From NCBI RefSeq assembly GCF_002310835.1, contig NZ_CP011041.1:2310001-2342000 (forward strand): a stretch of 32,000 nucleotides of DNA, given 5' to 3'. The DNA is from Pseudoalteromonas tetraodonis (GTDB lineage: Bacteria > Pseudomonadota > Gammaproteobacteria > Enterobacterales > Alteromonadaceae). Shown piece after piece: positions 8,656-17,265 of the stretch. Both the position numbers and the translations under genes were made by a program. Position 1 is the stretch's first letter. Each line of letters starts with the position of its first letter. The notes under the pieces are model-generated. The model had not been told where the DNA came from, made no database searches, and was given only the letters and a program-made list of their open reading frames with translations.

Positions 8656-10070
8656 GTTAATTTGTCTCCTAGCAGGTACTGCATCACATGATCTAATCGA
8701 ATATGTTTAAGTTGTTTGTCGGGGCTTGGCATCGGCGAAAATGACAAAAATTCAAACCCTTGCGCTGGCCACTCACTTTTATTAAGCATTCGACTTGGCG
8801 GCTCTGGTGGTAAATAAGTCAGCCACTCATGCTCATTTAAAGGTTTACCGTAAACGCAATCAAGAGTTTGACCTTTATCAACCACTTGGCGAGGTTGGGT
8901 TGCGGTAATTGATGACATAGCCATAGTTTCAATTTGTACACCGTCAAACTTTAAATGATTACTTTGCTCTTTGACCAGCGAGTCTAGTAACAAGGCTAAC
9001 GCTTTATGATGCTTAGCACTGATGTGATCTGACTTATTAGCAGCAAACAATATTTTATCAATATTCGGTTTGAATAAACGTTTAAAAAAGCCAGACTCCC
9101 CATAACTAAAATGTGCCAACAATTGATTAATAACACGGCTTTGCTCATGCAAAGTTTCATGGCCTTCATTTAATGCACTGAGTACATCAACCAACACAAT
9201 TTGGCGGTCAAAGTGACGAAAATGCTCATTATAAAATGGCTTAACGACTTCTTTCACGTAAGCATTAAAACGTTTAATTAAATGCGCTAAATTAGAACCC
9301 GCCACCACATCGTCTTTCATCATTTCAGGGTTTATTGGAAAAAATAACAATAACGGCGCACCTTGCAAGTCGCCCGGCATTAACATTCGCCCGGGTTGTA
9401 GCATCGCAAGTTTGGTGTCTTTTTTTAGCCCTACCAGCATGCGTTGATAACGTTGTGCAATGTTAGCAAGCTCACTTTCATCCACAGGGGCATGTAAATC
9501 AAGTTGCTCTACGGCGTGTAAAAAATCGCCTGAGGTAGCGCTGCGAGGAGACTGATTTAATAATGGGTATTGCTGTTCACACCACGCAGTATAGCTTTGT
9601 TCAAGCATAGGTAAATCGAGCAGCCATTCGCCTGGATAGTCAATAATATCAAGGTATAACGTTGATTGCGGTGAAAAATGACCTCGCAGACCCGCATTAC
9701 TTTGGTATTTAATCGCCAAGCGCAGAGTATTTATTCGCTCTGTAGACGCCGGCCAGGCAGGGTTACCTTCCATTGGCAGTAAGGCACTCATTGCACGGTT
9801 ATAATCAAAGGTGGGCACGTTTAATGCCTCTTGCGGCACAATTTTAGTGGCAATATGACGATGCTCGCGCATCACATCAAAAAAAGGTAAGTTGTTGTCA
9901 TTCGCCTGAGAGGTTAAGTGCTTAACTAACGCACTTATAAACGCGGTTTTACCACTGCCGCTCAACCCAGTTACAGCAAGCTTAACATGTTGGTCTAAAC
10001 TACGGTGCAGGGCTTTTTGTGCTTTGCCTTTAAAAGTTTTAAAGGTCTTTTTTGCAAATGATTGGCTCAT
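8652..10070 (-). CDS. ycjX: YcjX-family P-loop NTPase
   Basis: 472 aa with a Walker A motif near the N-terminus (VTGLSGSGKTAFISAL) and a Walker B-like LVDVLSAL. The length matches E. coli YcjX (about 465 aa). It is translationally coupled to ycjF. Confidence 0.88.
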   Translation of the reverse strand: MSQSFAKKTFKTFKGKAQKALHRSLDQHVKLAVTGLSGSGKTAFISALVKHLTSQANDNNLPFFDVMREHRHIATKIVPQEALNVPTFDYNRAMSALLPMEGNPAWPASTERINTLRLAIKYQSNAGLRGHFSPQSTLYLDIIDYPGEWLLDLPMLEQSYTAWCEQQYPLLNQSPRSATSGDFLHAVEQLDLHAPVDESELANIAQRYQRMLVGLKKDTKLAMLQPGRMLMPGDLQGAPLLLFFPINPEMMKDDVVAGSNLAHLIKRFNAYVKEVVKPFYNEHFRHFDRQIVLVDVLSALNEGHETLHEQSRVINQLLAHFSYGESGFFKRLFKPNIDKILFAANKSDHISAKHHKALALLLDSLVKEQSNHLKFDGVQIETMAMSSITATQPRQVVDKGQTLDCVYGKPLNEHEWLTYLPPEPPSRMLNKSEWPAQGFEFLSFSPMPSPDKQLKHIRLDHVMQYLLGDKLT

Positions 10071-10133
10071 AAAGTGTTTTGCACCCTATCTGCCGTAATT
10101 GTTCACGTTACAAACAAGGTGCTTATCAATCCT

Positions 10134-10532
10134 TTAAAGTTTATTAATTTCACGACTGACTGTAAATTCGCTTGAGGTAACGTAACGTTCCATCTCTTGT
10201 AAGCGAACATCAACACGTGTTAAACGCTCTTTTAAGTCTTGTAATGCACGACGAGGTGGCTCGCCCTTTTGCCATACTTTAAACTTAACTTCTAGTGGGT
10301 CATCACTGTAAGTTGAATGCGTTTTATGTGTTGCAGCAGGTTTTTTATCTAAAATAAACCATGCTGCAATGTACGCTACCACAAATAATGGGCCACCGGT
10401 TAGTAGTACCGCACTAACAAATATAATGCGAACTAACCATAACTCCATATTAAAGTAGTCACTTAAACCGGCACATACGCCAGCTATTTTGCCGCGTTGT
10501 GGGTCTCTGAATAATTCGCGTTTAGTGTTCAT
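10134..10532 (-). CDS. pspC: Phage-shock protein C (envelope-stress signalling membrane protein)
   Basis: PspC domain RDPQRGKIAGVCAGLSDYFNMELWLVRIIFV, followed by a TM helix and a C-terminal leucine-zipper-like region. I place the start at the second in-frame ATG (MNTKREL) because it forms an ATGA overlap with the pspB stop (10529-10532). The ORF-track start at 10547 is probably a spurious 5-codon extension. Confidence 0.9.
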   Translation of the reverse strand: MNTKRELFRDPQRGKIAGVCAGLSDYFNMELWLVRIIFVSAVLLTGGPLFVVAYIAAWFILDKKPAATHKTHSTYSDDPLEVKFKVWQKGEPPRRALQDLKERLTRVDVRLQEMERYVTSSEFTVSREINKL

Positions 10533-10762
10533 ACTTTTTGTCTCCACTGAGGTGACTCTTGATCAAGCAACGCTTCTAATGTTTCTACTCTATCAGCCAT
10601 TTTTTCAGCTTTTTGTGCAAGCTCCAATAATTGGCGATGCTCATGCTCACTCAACCCTTGGCTTACTTGCTTTTTGCTACGGTAGTGTAAAATTAACCAC
10701 AGTGGCGCAACAAAAATCATAAATAAGATAAAGGGGGCAACTAGTATCTCTGGATCAAACAT
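10529..10762 (-). CDS. pspB: Phage-shock protein B
   Basis: 77-aa single-TM protein (MFDPEILVAPFILFMIFVAPLWLILHYRSK...) that matches PspB in size and pattern. It lies between pspA and pspC. Confidence 0.9.
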   Translation of the reverse strand: MFDPEILVAPFILFMIFVAPLWLILHYRSKKQVSQGLSEHEHRQLLELAQKAEKMADRVETLEALLDQESPQWRQKV

Positions 10763-10794
10763 AATCCTCTCCTGATAATCCGTATTCTATGTTG

Positions 10795-10821
10795 ATGTCA
10801 GGGGCACGTGGCCCCTGATAT
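10795..10821 (-). other. GC-rich stem-loop in the pspA-pspB intercistronic spacer
   Basis: tcaggggc (10798-10805) pairs perfectly with gcccctga (10811-10818) around the loop acgtg. The stem extends by A-T/T-A/G-T pairs to 10795-10821. No U-tract follows it on the transcribed strand. Confidence 0.6.
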
Positions 10822-10828
10822 TATCGTT

Positions 10829-11488
10829 TTATTTATTTGCGAGTTTCTTTTTAAGTTCAGCTAACTCGTCATCAATCTTTTCATTCTTTTGTAAGTCTGC
10901 AATTTCATCAGCTAACGTTTGTTTACCTAAATCATAAGACTCTATTTGAGATTCTAGCCCATCAATTTTGGTTTCGTAACGTTCAAAGCGATTAAGTGCA
11001 TCCTCTACTTTAGAACTATCAAGCGCTTTTTTAACTTCAAGGCGCGACTCAGCCGAGCGTTGACGTAAAATAATCGCTTTTTGACGTGCCTTAGCATCTG
11101 CTAGCTTTTCTTGTAGCGTAGTTACCTCTTGTTGTAGCTTCTCAATATGAGACTCTACATGGTCAAGTTCACTTTCTACCGCAGCAACTGCGTCGGCTGA
11201 TTTTTGCTTTTCAAGTAATGCTGAGCGTGCTAAATCGTCACGATCTTTGCTCAGTGCCAATTCGGCTTTATCTTGCCAATCGTTTACTTGGGCTTTTAGT
11301 GTGTCTACGCGACGTACTAATTCTTTTTTCTCAGCGAGTGTTTTTGCTGATGTAGAGCGTACCTCTACCAGTGTATCTTCCATCTCTTGGATAATAAGAC
11401 GAACCATTTTTTCAGGGTCTTCTGCTTTATCTAAAATGGCATTGATATTAGAATTAACAATGTCTGCAAAACGTGAAAAAATTCCCAT
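10829..11488 (-). CDS. pspA: Phage-shock protein A (PspA/IM30 family)
   Basis: 219 aa. The N-terminus MGIFSRFADIVNSNINAILDKAEDPEKMVRLIIQEMEDTLVEVRSTSAK is nearly identical to E. coli PspA as I remember it. The remainder is coiled-coil. Confidence 0.97.
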   Translation of the reverse strand: MGIFSRFADIVNSNINAILDKAEDPEKMVRLIIQEMEDTLVEVRSTSAKTLAEKKELVRRVDTLKAQVNDWQDKAELALSKDRDDLARSALLEKQKSADAVAAVESELDHVESHIEKLQQEVTTLQEKLADAKARQKAIILRQRSAESRLEVKKALDSSKVEDALNRFERYETKIDGLESQIESYDLGKQTLADEIADLQKNEKIDDELAELKKKLANK

Positions 11489-11534
11489 AACATATACCTC
11501 TATTATTTAATCTAAATGTGTCTGCTTTTATTAG

Positions 11535-11552
11535 TATCAATATGCTTGCCAA
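11535..11552 (-). promoter_or_regulatory. Sigma54 (-24/-12) promoter of pspA(BC-ycjXF)
   Basis: The minus strand reads TTGGCAAGCATATTGATA. GG and the -12 G are separated by the canonical spacing (GG-N10-G). The element matches TGGCA at -24 and TTG at -12, and it resembles the E. coli pspA promoter (TGGCACGCAAATTGT as I recall). The predicted TSS is near 11526, about 38 nt upstream of the pspA ATG. A PspF-type activator is encoded divergently. Confidence 0.75.
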
Positions 11553-11642
11553 CTTTTTTAATTTTAAAATAGCAATAAATTTCAAATAGTTAAATGTAAA
11601 TTACAAATTGCTTTTGTTATCAATCATAATGAAATACACTAA

Positions 11643-11665
11643 CTGTTAGTAAAAATGACTAAGAG
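11643..11665. promoter_or_regulatory. Candidate PspF upstream activating sequence (imperfect inverted repeat)
   Basis: CTGTTAGT-N7-ACTAAGAG has 7 of 8 positions complementary. It lies about 90-115 bp upstream of the pspA -24 element, the distance range of the PspF UAS in E. coli. It overlaps the pspF 5' leader, which is compatible with autoregulation. The evidence is position and symmetry only. Confidence 0.3.
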
Positions 11666-11674
11666 TTAGGAAAT

Positions 11675-12736
11675 ATGAGTCAATATCGCCAACAGGATAA
11701 TTTGCTCGGCCAATCAGACAGCTTTTTATCGGTTCTTGATCAGGTATCGCAGCTAGCAAACCTAGATAAACCCGTACTTATTATTGGTGAACGTGGTACC
11801 GGTAAAGAGCTTATTGCAGCACGTTTACACTTTTTATCCAAGCGCTGGGATCAAAGTTACGTCAAACTCAACTGTGCGGCATTAAACGAAAATCTACTCG
11901 AAAGTGAATTATTTGGCCATGAAAGTGGTGCATTTACTGGCGCAAGTAAACGCCATGAAGGCCGATTTGAGCGGGCTAATAGCGGCACCTTATTTTTAGA
12001 TGAGTTGGCAAATACTTCTGCCCTAGTGCAAGAAAAGCTATTAAGGGTAATAGAGTATGGTGAGTTTGAGCGTGTTGGCGGCAAACAAACGGTTAAAGTA
12101 GATACGCGCTTAGTCTGTGCGACCAATGAAGACTTACCGCATTTAGCGCAGCAAGGTGAATTTAGAAGCGATTTACTCGATAGGCTCGCATTTGATGTGA
12201 TCACTCTACCGCCACTGCGCGAACGCCAAGACGATATTATGTTACTGGCTGAGCAATTTGCAATGAATATGGCACGCGACTTAGAGTGGGAGTTATTTAG
12301 TGGCTTTACTCGCAATGCACAAGAAAGTTTACTCAGTTATGAGTGGCCGGGTAATGTGCGTGAGCTTAAAAATGTGGTGGAGCGAAGTCTGTATCGCCAC
12401 GGCAATGAACACATCCCTGTGCATAAAATTATTTTAGACCCATTCGAAAGCCGCTTTAGACCTAAAGCACGTATTAAACATACACAAGCCCCTGTTGCTG
12501 TGCAAAATGAAGTTGTTAACACCCAGCCCACAGAAGCGCCTGTAACACCGAGTTTGAGTAATGCAGAACCTGAGTTTCCTTGTGACTTAAAAACACTCTC
12601 TAATGAATTTGAGATCACATTAATAAAAAAAGCATTAGAACATAGCCAATTTAATCAAAAGAAGACTGCAGAAGTACTTGGTTTAACGTATCATCAATTA
12701 CGTGGTTATTTGAAAAAATACAATTTGCTGGAATAG
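11675..12736 (+). CDS. pspF: Sigma54-dependent transcriptional activator PspF (AAA+ EBP without a receiver domain)
   Basis: 353 aa that begins directly with the AAA+ domain. It has Walker A GERGTGKE, the sigma54-contact loop ESGAFTGA, Walker B TLFLDEL, and a C-terminal Fis-type HTH (KKTAEVLGLTYHQLRGYLKKY). It is divergent from pspA. Confidence 0.94.
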   Translation: MSQYRQQDNLLGQSDSFLSVLDQVSQLANLDKPVLIIGERGTGKELIAARLHFLSKRWDQSYVKLNCAALNENLLESELFGHESGAFTGASKRHEGRFERANSGTLFLDELANTSALVQEKLLRVIEYGEFERVGGKQTVKVDTRLVCATNEDLPHLAQQGEFRSDLLDRLAFDVITLPPLRERQDDIMLLAEQFAMNMARDLEWELFSGFTRNAQESLLSYEWPGNVRELKNVVERSLYRHGNEHIPVHKIILDPFESRFRPKARIKHTQAPVAVQNEVVNTQPTEAPVTPSLSNAEPEFPCDLKTLSNEFEITLIKKALEHSQFNQKKTAEVLGLTYHQLRGYLKKYNLLE

Positions 12737-12744
12737 TAGAGGTT

Positions 12745-14358
12745 GTGCGGGTGCATAAATTATTACTTGCTTTATTATCATTGAGTTTAGTAGGTTGCAT
12801 TGATAGTAAAGAAGAAATCTTAGAAGAAAAAAACCAAGGCCTCGTTTATTGCGCTGAGGCAAATCCTGTGTCGTTCAATCCTCAAGTCACAACCACAGGA
12901 TCAACCATCGATATTATTGCTAACCAGTTGTACGACCGGTTAATTAGTATTGACCCTGTGACTGCTGAATTTAAAAGCGAACTAGCCACCGACTGGAAAA
13001 TTAGCAAAGACGGTAAGTCTGTCACTTTTACTCTGCGCAAAGGGGTTAAATTTCATACCACCGCGTATTTTACTCCAACACGCGAATTTAACGCTGATGA
13101 TGTCATTTTCACTTTCAGTCGTTTATTTGATGTATACAACCCCTATCACTTTGTCGGTGATGCGAATTACCCCTACTTTCAAAGTGTGGGTATTGACCAA
13201 CTTATTCGTAAAATTGTCAGGGTGTCTGATCACCAAGTTCGGTTTGAATTATTTAACGCAGAAAGCAGTTTTTTAGCGAATATGGCGACCGATTTCGCCG
13301 TGGTGCTCTCTAAAGAATATGCCATGGCGCTCAAAGCCAACAACCAAGAAAACCTATTTGATCAATATCCAGTTGGCACCGGTCCTTATATTTACAAAGA
13401 ATACCGACGAGACCATTTAGTACGCTTTTATAAAAACGCTGACTATTGGAAACACGAGGTGGCACTTGAGCAGTTGGTGTACGACATTACCCCTAATGGC
13501 ACCACGCGTATTGCTAAAATTCTTACCAAAGAGTGTGACGTAACTGCGCATCCTAGCAGTGCACAGTTAAGTATTTTAGCTCAGCGAGATGATATTAACG
13601 TTGAAAGGGAAACCAACTTAAACATAGGTTATTGGGCATTTAATACCGAACGCCCTCCGTTTGATAACTTAAAAGTACGCCAAGCCTTAGTGCATGCCAT
13701 TGATATAGAAAAAATAATGCAGGCAGTTTACTACGGTAATGGACTTCGTGCGCGGTCAATACTACCACCCACGTCGTGGGCGTTTGAACCACAAAAGAAC
13801 ATGCCAATTTTCGACCCACAACTGGCAAAAAAACTATTAACTGAAGCGGGTTATGAAAAAGGGTTTGATATGAGCATTTGGGCTATGCCTGTCAGCCGTA
13901 TTTATAACCCTAATGCACGAAAAATGGCAGAGCTGATGCAAAGCGATTTACGCAAAATTGGCGTTAACGTTAATATTGTCGAGTATGAGTGGAACACCTT
14001 TATTCAACGCATAGGCGAGCACCGTCACGACAGTGTATTATTAGGTTGGGCAGCAGATACGCCTGATCCTGATAACTTTTTTAGCCCGTTACTTAGCTGC
14101 ACCGCGACCTTCAGTGGCAAAAACCCAGCGAACTGGTGTAATCCTGAATTTGATTTACTGTTAACTAAAGCTCTCGATACGACCGATTTAAATTTACGTA
14201 AACAATATTACGACGCTGCACAAAGTATGATCATCGAACAATTACCCTTATACCCAATAGCCCACGGCATGCGTTTTCAGGCAAGTAGTGCTGATGTTGA
14301 GGGGATCACACTCGGGCCATTTGGCGCTATTTCATTGGCTAACGCGAGGAAGAAGTAA
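12745..14358 (+). CDS. sapA: Peptide ABC transporter substrate-binding protein SapA (predicted lipoprotein here)
   Basis: 537 aa, collinear with E. coli SapA as I remember it (GLVYCAEANPVSFNPQ, FHTTAYFTPTREFNADDVIFTF, LTKECDV, SGWAADTPDPDNFFSPLLSC, NWCNPEFD). A start at GTG 12751 is more likely than GTG 12745, because the AGAGG SD at 12738-12742 is then 8 nt away. The N-terminus is MHKLLLALLSLSLVGC, with the lipobox LVGC. Confidence 0.9.
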   Translation: MRVHKLLLALLSLSLVGCIDSKEEILEEKNQGLVYCAEANPVSFNPQVTTTGSTIDIIANQLYDRLISIDPVTAEFKSELATDWKISKDGKSVTFTLRKGVKFHTTAYFTPTREFNADDVIFTFSRLFDVYNPYHFVGDANYPYFQSVGIDQLIRKIVRVSDHQVRFELFNAESSFLANMATDFAVVLSKEYAMALKANNQENLFDQYPVGTGPYIYKEYRRDHLVRFYKNADYWKHEVALEQLVYDITPNGTTRIAKILTKECDVTAHPSSAQLSILAQRDDINVERETNLNIGYWAFNTERPPFDNLKVRQALVHAIDIEKIMQAVYYGNGLRARSILPPTSWAFEPQKNMPIFDPQLAKKLLTEAGYEKGFDMSIWAMPVSRIYNPNARKMAELMQSDLRKIGVNVNIVEYEWNTFIQRIGEHRHDSVLLGWAADTPDPDNFFSPLLSCTATFSGKNPANWCNPEFDLLLTKALDTTDLNLRKQYYDAAQSMIIEQLPLYPIAHGMRFQASSADVEGITLGPFGAISLANARKK

Positions 14359-15392
14359 TGTTATTCGATTATATTTTACGCCGCCTCGGATTGTTATTTT
14401 TCATGGTGTTATTACTGAGTATTTTTACTTTTTCGCTGAGCTACTTATTCCCTGGCGATCCACTGAGTAACTTAAGTGGCATACCAGACACTAACTTTAC
14501 TCAAAATGCACAGCTAGAAGAAAAGTACCTGTTTAACAGTAACTACTTTATGCAGTACATTGCCTTTGTCGGGCGAATAGTACAAGGCGATTGGGGCGTG
14601 TCGTTTGCCTCAGGAGATAGTGTTTTTGCTCACGTGGTTGATTTAATTCCAGCGACCTTAGAGCTGAGTATTTATGCGTTAGTCATCTCGGTTGTGGTAG
14701 GCGTGCCTGTCGGGATTTTAGCATCGGCTTATCATAAACAATGGCCTGATAAATTAATTAGCTCAACAGCTATGGTTGGCTATTCTATGCCTATTTTTTG
14801 GCTCGCGTTATTACTAATTATGGTTTTTTCGCTCAAACTTGGTTGGTTTCCTATGTCGGGGCGAGTGAGCTTATTGTATGAAATACCTGCCAGTACGGGG
14901 TTTATCTTACTGGATATTTTACTAGCTGATTTTCCCTACAATGGCATGGCAATGCTTGATGCACTGCATCACCTAACATTACCTACCATTGTACTGGCTA
15001 TGTATCCGACCACTGTATTGGTGCGCTTTACTCGCGAGTCAATGTTAAAAGTAATGGATCAAAACTTTATCAAAACAGCTCGCGCCAAAGGCCTTAACCG
15101 TGGGCAGCTTATTATTCATCACGCCCTGAGAAATGCATTACTGCCAGTCATAAAGCAAATAGGTCTGCAATTTAGCACCTTGATCACCCTTGCTATGATC
15201 ACCGAGGTTATTTTTTCATGGCCGGGGATTGGCCGTTGGTTAATAGACAGTATTTATCAACGTGACTACCCTGCCATACAAGGGGGGTTAATGGCCGTTT
15301 CTTTTTTCATTATTATTGCCACAATTATAGCTGAACTAACATACACCCTACTCGATCCTCTGTCTCGGAACCAAGCGCATGGCAAAGTTTAA
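14358..15392 (+). CDS. sapB: Peptide ABC transporter permease SapB
   Basis: 344-aa polytopic permease collinear with E. coli SapB (LQFSTLITLAMITEVIFSWPGIGRWLIDSIYQRDY). Its start overlaps the sapA stop (TAATG). Confidence 0.92.
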   Translation: MLFDYILRRLGLLFFMVLLLSIFTFSLSYLFPGDPLSNLSGIPDTNFTQNAQLEEKYLFNSNYFMQYIAFVGRIVQGDWGVSFASGDSVFAHVVDLIPATLELSIYALVISVVVGVPVGILASAYHKQWPDKLISSTAMVGYSMPIFWLALLLIMVFSLKLGWFPMSGRVSLLYEIPASTGFILLDILLADFPYNGMAMLDALHHLTLPTIVLAMYPTTVLVRFTRESMLKVMDQNFIKTARAKGLNRGQLIIHHALRNALLPVIKQIGLQFSTLITLAMITEVIFSWPGIGRWLIDSIYQRDYPAIQGGLMAVSFFIIIATIIAELTYTLLDPLSRNQAHGKV

Positions 15393-16272
15393 TTTATTTT
15401 CAGAAGATTCAAATAAATCGCCATTAGCGAGACTATGGCGAAAATTTAAAAATAACCATCCTGCATTGGTGGGCTTATGGGTGTTTATTGCCTTTAGTAT
15501 ATTAGCTGCAACAGCACCGTTTCTTGCGCCCTATGGAGTAAACCAACAGCACAGTAATGCACTACTGCTGCCACCGTCATGGAATGAAATGGGCGATGTG
15601 CGGTTTATTTTAGGCACCGATGACTTAGGCCGAGATGTGCTTTCACGCTTAATGAATGGCGCGACTTATACATTTGGCTTGTCGGTCGTGGCTGCACTAA
15701 TTACCACCATAATTGGTGTGTTAGTCGGTACATTTGCTGGTATTAGCAAAGGCATACGCTCTAGCTTTTTGAACCATTTACTTGATGTAACCTTGTCTAT
15801 CCCCTCATTATTATTGGCCATTATTATTATTGCCATACTCGGTCCTGGATTAATGAATACCGTTTGGGCAATTATTTTAGCGCTGTTACCACAGTTTATT
15901 CATTCCATTAGAAACCTAATCGTTGATGAGCTAGGTAAAGATTATGTCACAGCGTACCGGCTCGATGGGGCCTCTAAGTGGCATATTTTATCGCGCGGTA
16001 TTTTTCCTAATGTGTATGAATATATTGTGGTTATTTTTACTATGGCCCTCTCTACTGCTATTTTAGATATTGCTGCGCTAGGGTTTTTAAAACTTGGCGC
16101 GCAGCCGCCCACCACTGAATGGGGTGCTATTTTGGCCGAAAACTTAGGGCTTATTTATTTAGCGCCATGGACGGTGGCTCTTCCGGGTGTACTGCTATTT
16201 TTAGCCGTTCTTTCAACAAACTTGGTGGGCGATGGACTTCGCAAAGTTTTACAAGCGCGTAAGGCCGATTAA
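15379..16272 (+). CDS. sapC: Peptide ABC transporter permease SapC
   Basis: 297 aa collinear with E. coli SapC (LGTDDLGRDVLSRL, IPSLLLAIIIIAILGP, AYRLDGAS, ILDIAALGFLKLGAQPP, WTVALPG). It overlaps the sapB 3' end by 14 nt. Confidence 0.92.
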   Translation: MAKFNLFSEDSNKSPLARLWRKFKNNHPALVGLWVFIAFSILAATAPFLAPYGVNQQHSNALLLPPSWNEMGDVRFILGTDDLGRDVLSRLMNGATYTFGLSVVAALITTIIGVLVGTFAGISKGIRSSFLNHLLDVTLSIPSLLLAIIIIAILGPGLMNTVWAIILALLPQFIHSIRNLIVDELGKDYVTAYRLDGASKWHILSRGIFPNVYEYIVVIFTMALSTAILDIAALGFLKLGAQPPTTEWGAILAENLGLIYLAPWTVALPGVLLFLAVLSTNLVGDGLRKVLQARKAD

Positions 16273-17265
16273 ATGCATTTACTAGATATTCGAAACTTAA
16301 CCATAGAGCTGCAAACGTCTGAAACTGCTATTCGCGCTGTTGACCGGGTAAGTTTTAGTTTAAAAGAAGGTGAAGTACACGCCTTAGTGGGAGAATCCGG
16401 CTCAGGAAAAAGCTTAATTGCAAAAGCCATTGTAGGCGTACTTAACGAACGCTGGGTTATAACCGCCGATAGAATGCATTGGCGCGGTGTTGATTTAATG
16501 CGCCTCACACCAGAGCAGCGCCGTAAAACCGTCAGCCAAGACATTGCAATGATTTACCAAGATCCAAGTCGCTGCCTTGACCCTACTGCAAAAATATTTA
16601 ACCAAATCGCTGAAACACTGCCTGAAGTGGCCGCCAAAGGGTTTTTCTTAAAACGCAACCGAGAGCGTAAAGATCGTGTAAAAGCACTGATACACAAAGT
16701 GGGCATTAAAAATCATGAAGCCGTGCTTGATAGCTACCCTCATGAACTCTCTGAAGGCGTTTGTCAAAAAGTCATGATAGCCATGGCCATTGCGCGTACA
16801 CCTAAATTGCTCATTGCTGATGAGCCAACAACCGCACTAGAAAGTACCACTCGTGCGCAGGTATTTCGATTATTAAAAAGTTTGAATCAGCTAAAGAATA
16901 TGTCTATTTTGATGATTTCCCATGAGCTAGAAGAAATAGTAAATTGGTCACATGGTATTCATGTTTTGTATTGCGGACAAATGGTTGAAGCTGGTCCAAC
17001 GCACCGTATTTTTAGCCAACCGCGTCATCCATATACGCAGGCTTTATTAAAAAGCTTACCTGATTATGAGCACGGCTTAGCCCATAAAGAACCTTTTTAT
17101 GCATTAAAAGGCACCATACCTACACTACAACATTTACCGATTGGTTGTCGTTTAGGACCGCGTTGCCCGCAAGCACAAAAAGAGTGTGTGGTTGCCCCTA
17201 AACTCTCTAAACACCACGGCCATAGTTACGCGTGTCACTTTCCATTGATCAAGGAAGTAAAATAA
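16273..17265 (+). CDS. sapD: Peptide ABC transporter ATP-binding protein SapD
   Basis: 330 aa with Walker A GESGSGKS, an LSEG-type signature region (ELSEGVCQKVMIAMAI) and Walker B LLIADEPT. A C-terminal oligopeptide-ABC extension is present. The ATG follows the sapC stop directly. Confidence 0.92.
   Translation: MHLLDIRNLTIELQTSETAIRAVDRVSFSLKEGEVHALVGESGSGKSLIAKAIVGVLNERWVITADRMHWRGVDLMRLTPEQRRKTVSQDIAMIYQDPSRCLDPTAKIFNQIAETLPEVAAKGFFLKRNRERKDRVKALIHKVGIKNHEAVLDSYPHELSEGVCQKVMIAMAIARTPKLLIADEPTTALESTTRAQVFRLLKSLNQLKNMSILMISHELEEIVNWSHGIHVLYCGQMVEAGPTHRIFSQPRHPYTQALLKSLPDYEHGLAHKEPFYALKGTIPTLQHLPIGCRLGPRCPQAQKECVVAPKLSKHHGHSYACHFPLIKEVK

Noticed and set aside
10489-10722. 77-aa plus-strand ORF opposite pspB/pspC, and the N-terminal extensions offered by the ORF track for pspC, sapF, hupB, lon, ppiB and the TPR protein
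   Set aside because: The antisense ORF overlaps two conserved psp genes. The extensions lack homolog support. Downstream starts have better SD spacing or form the ATGA/TAATG coupling junctions seen elsewhere in the same operons.
11857-12618. Antisense ORFs of 152 aa and 93 aa opposite pspF
   Set aside because: They lie opposite a strongly supported AAA+ CDS. Their Ser/Arg/Leu-rich composition is typical of antisense frames, and I noted no SD or start context.
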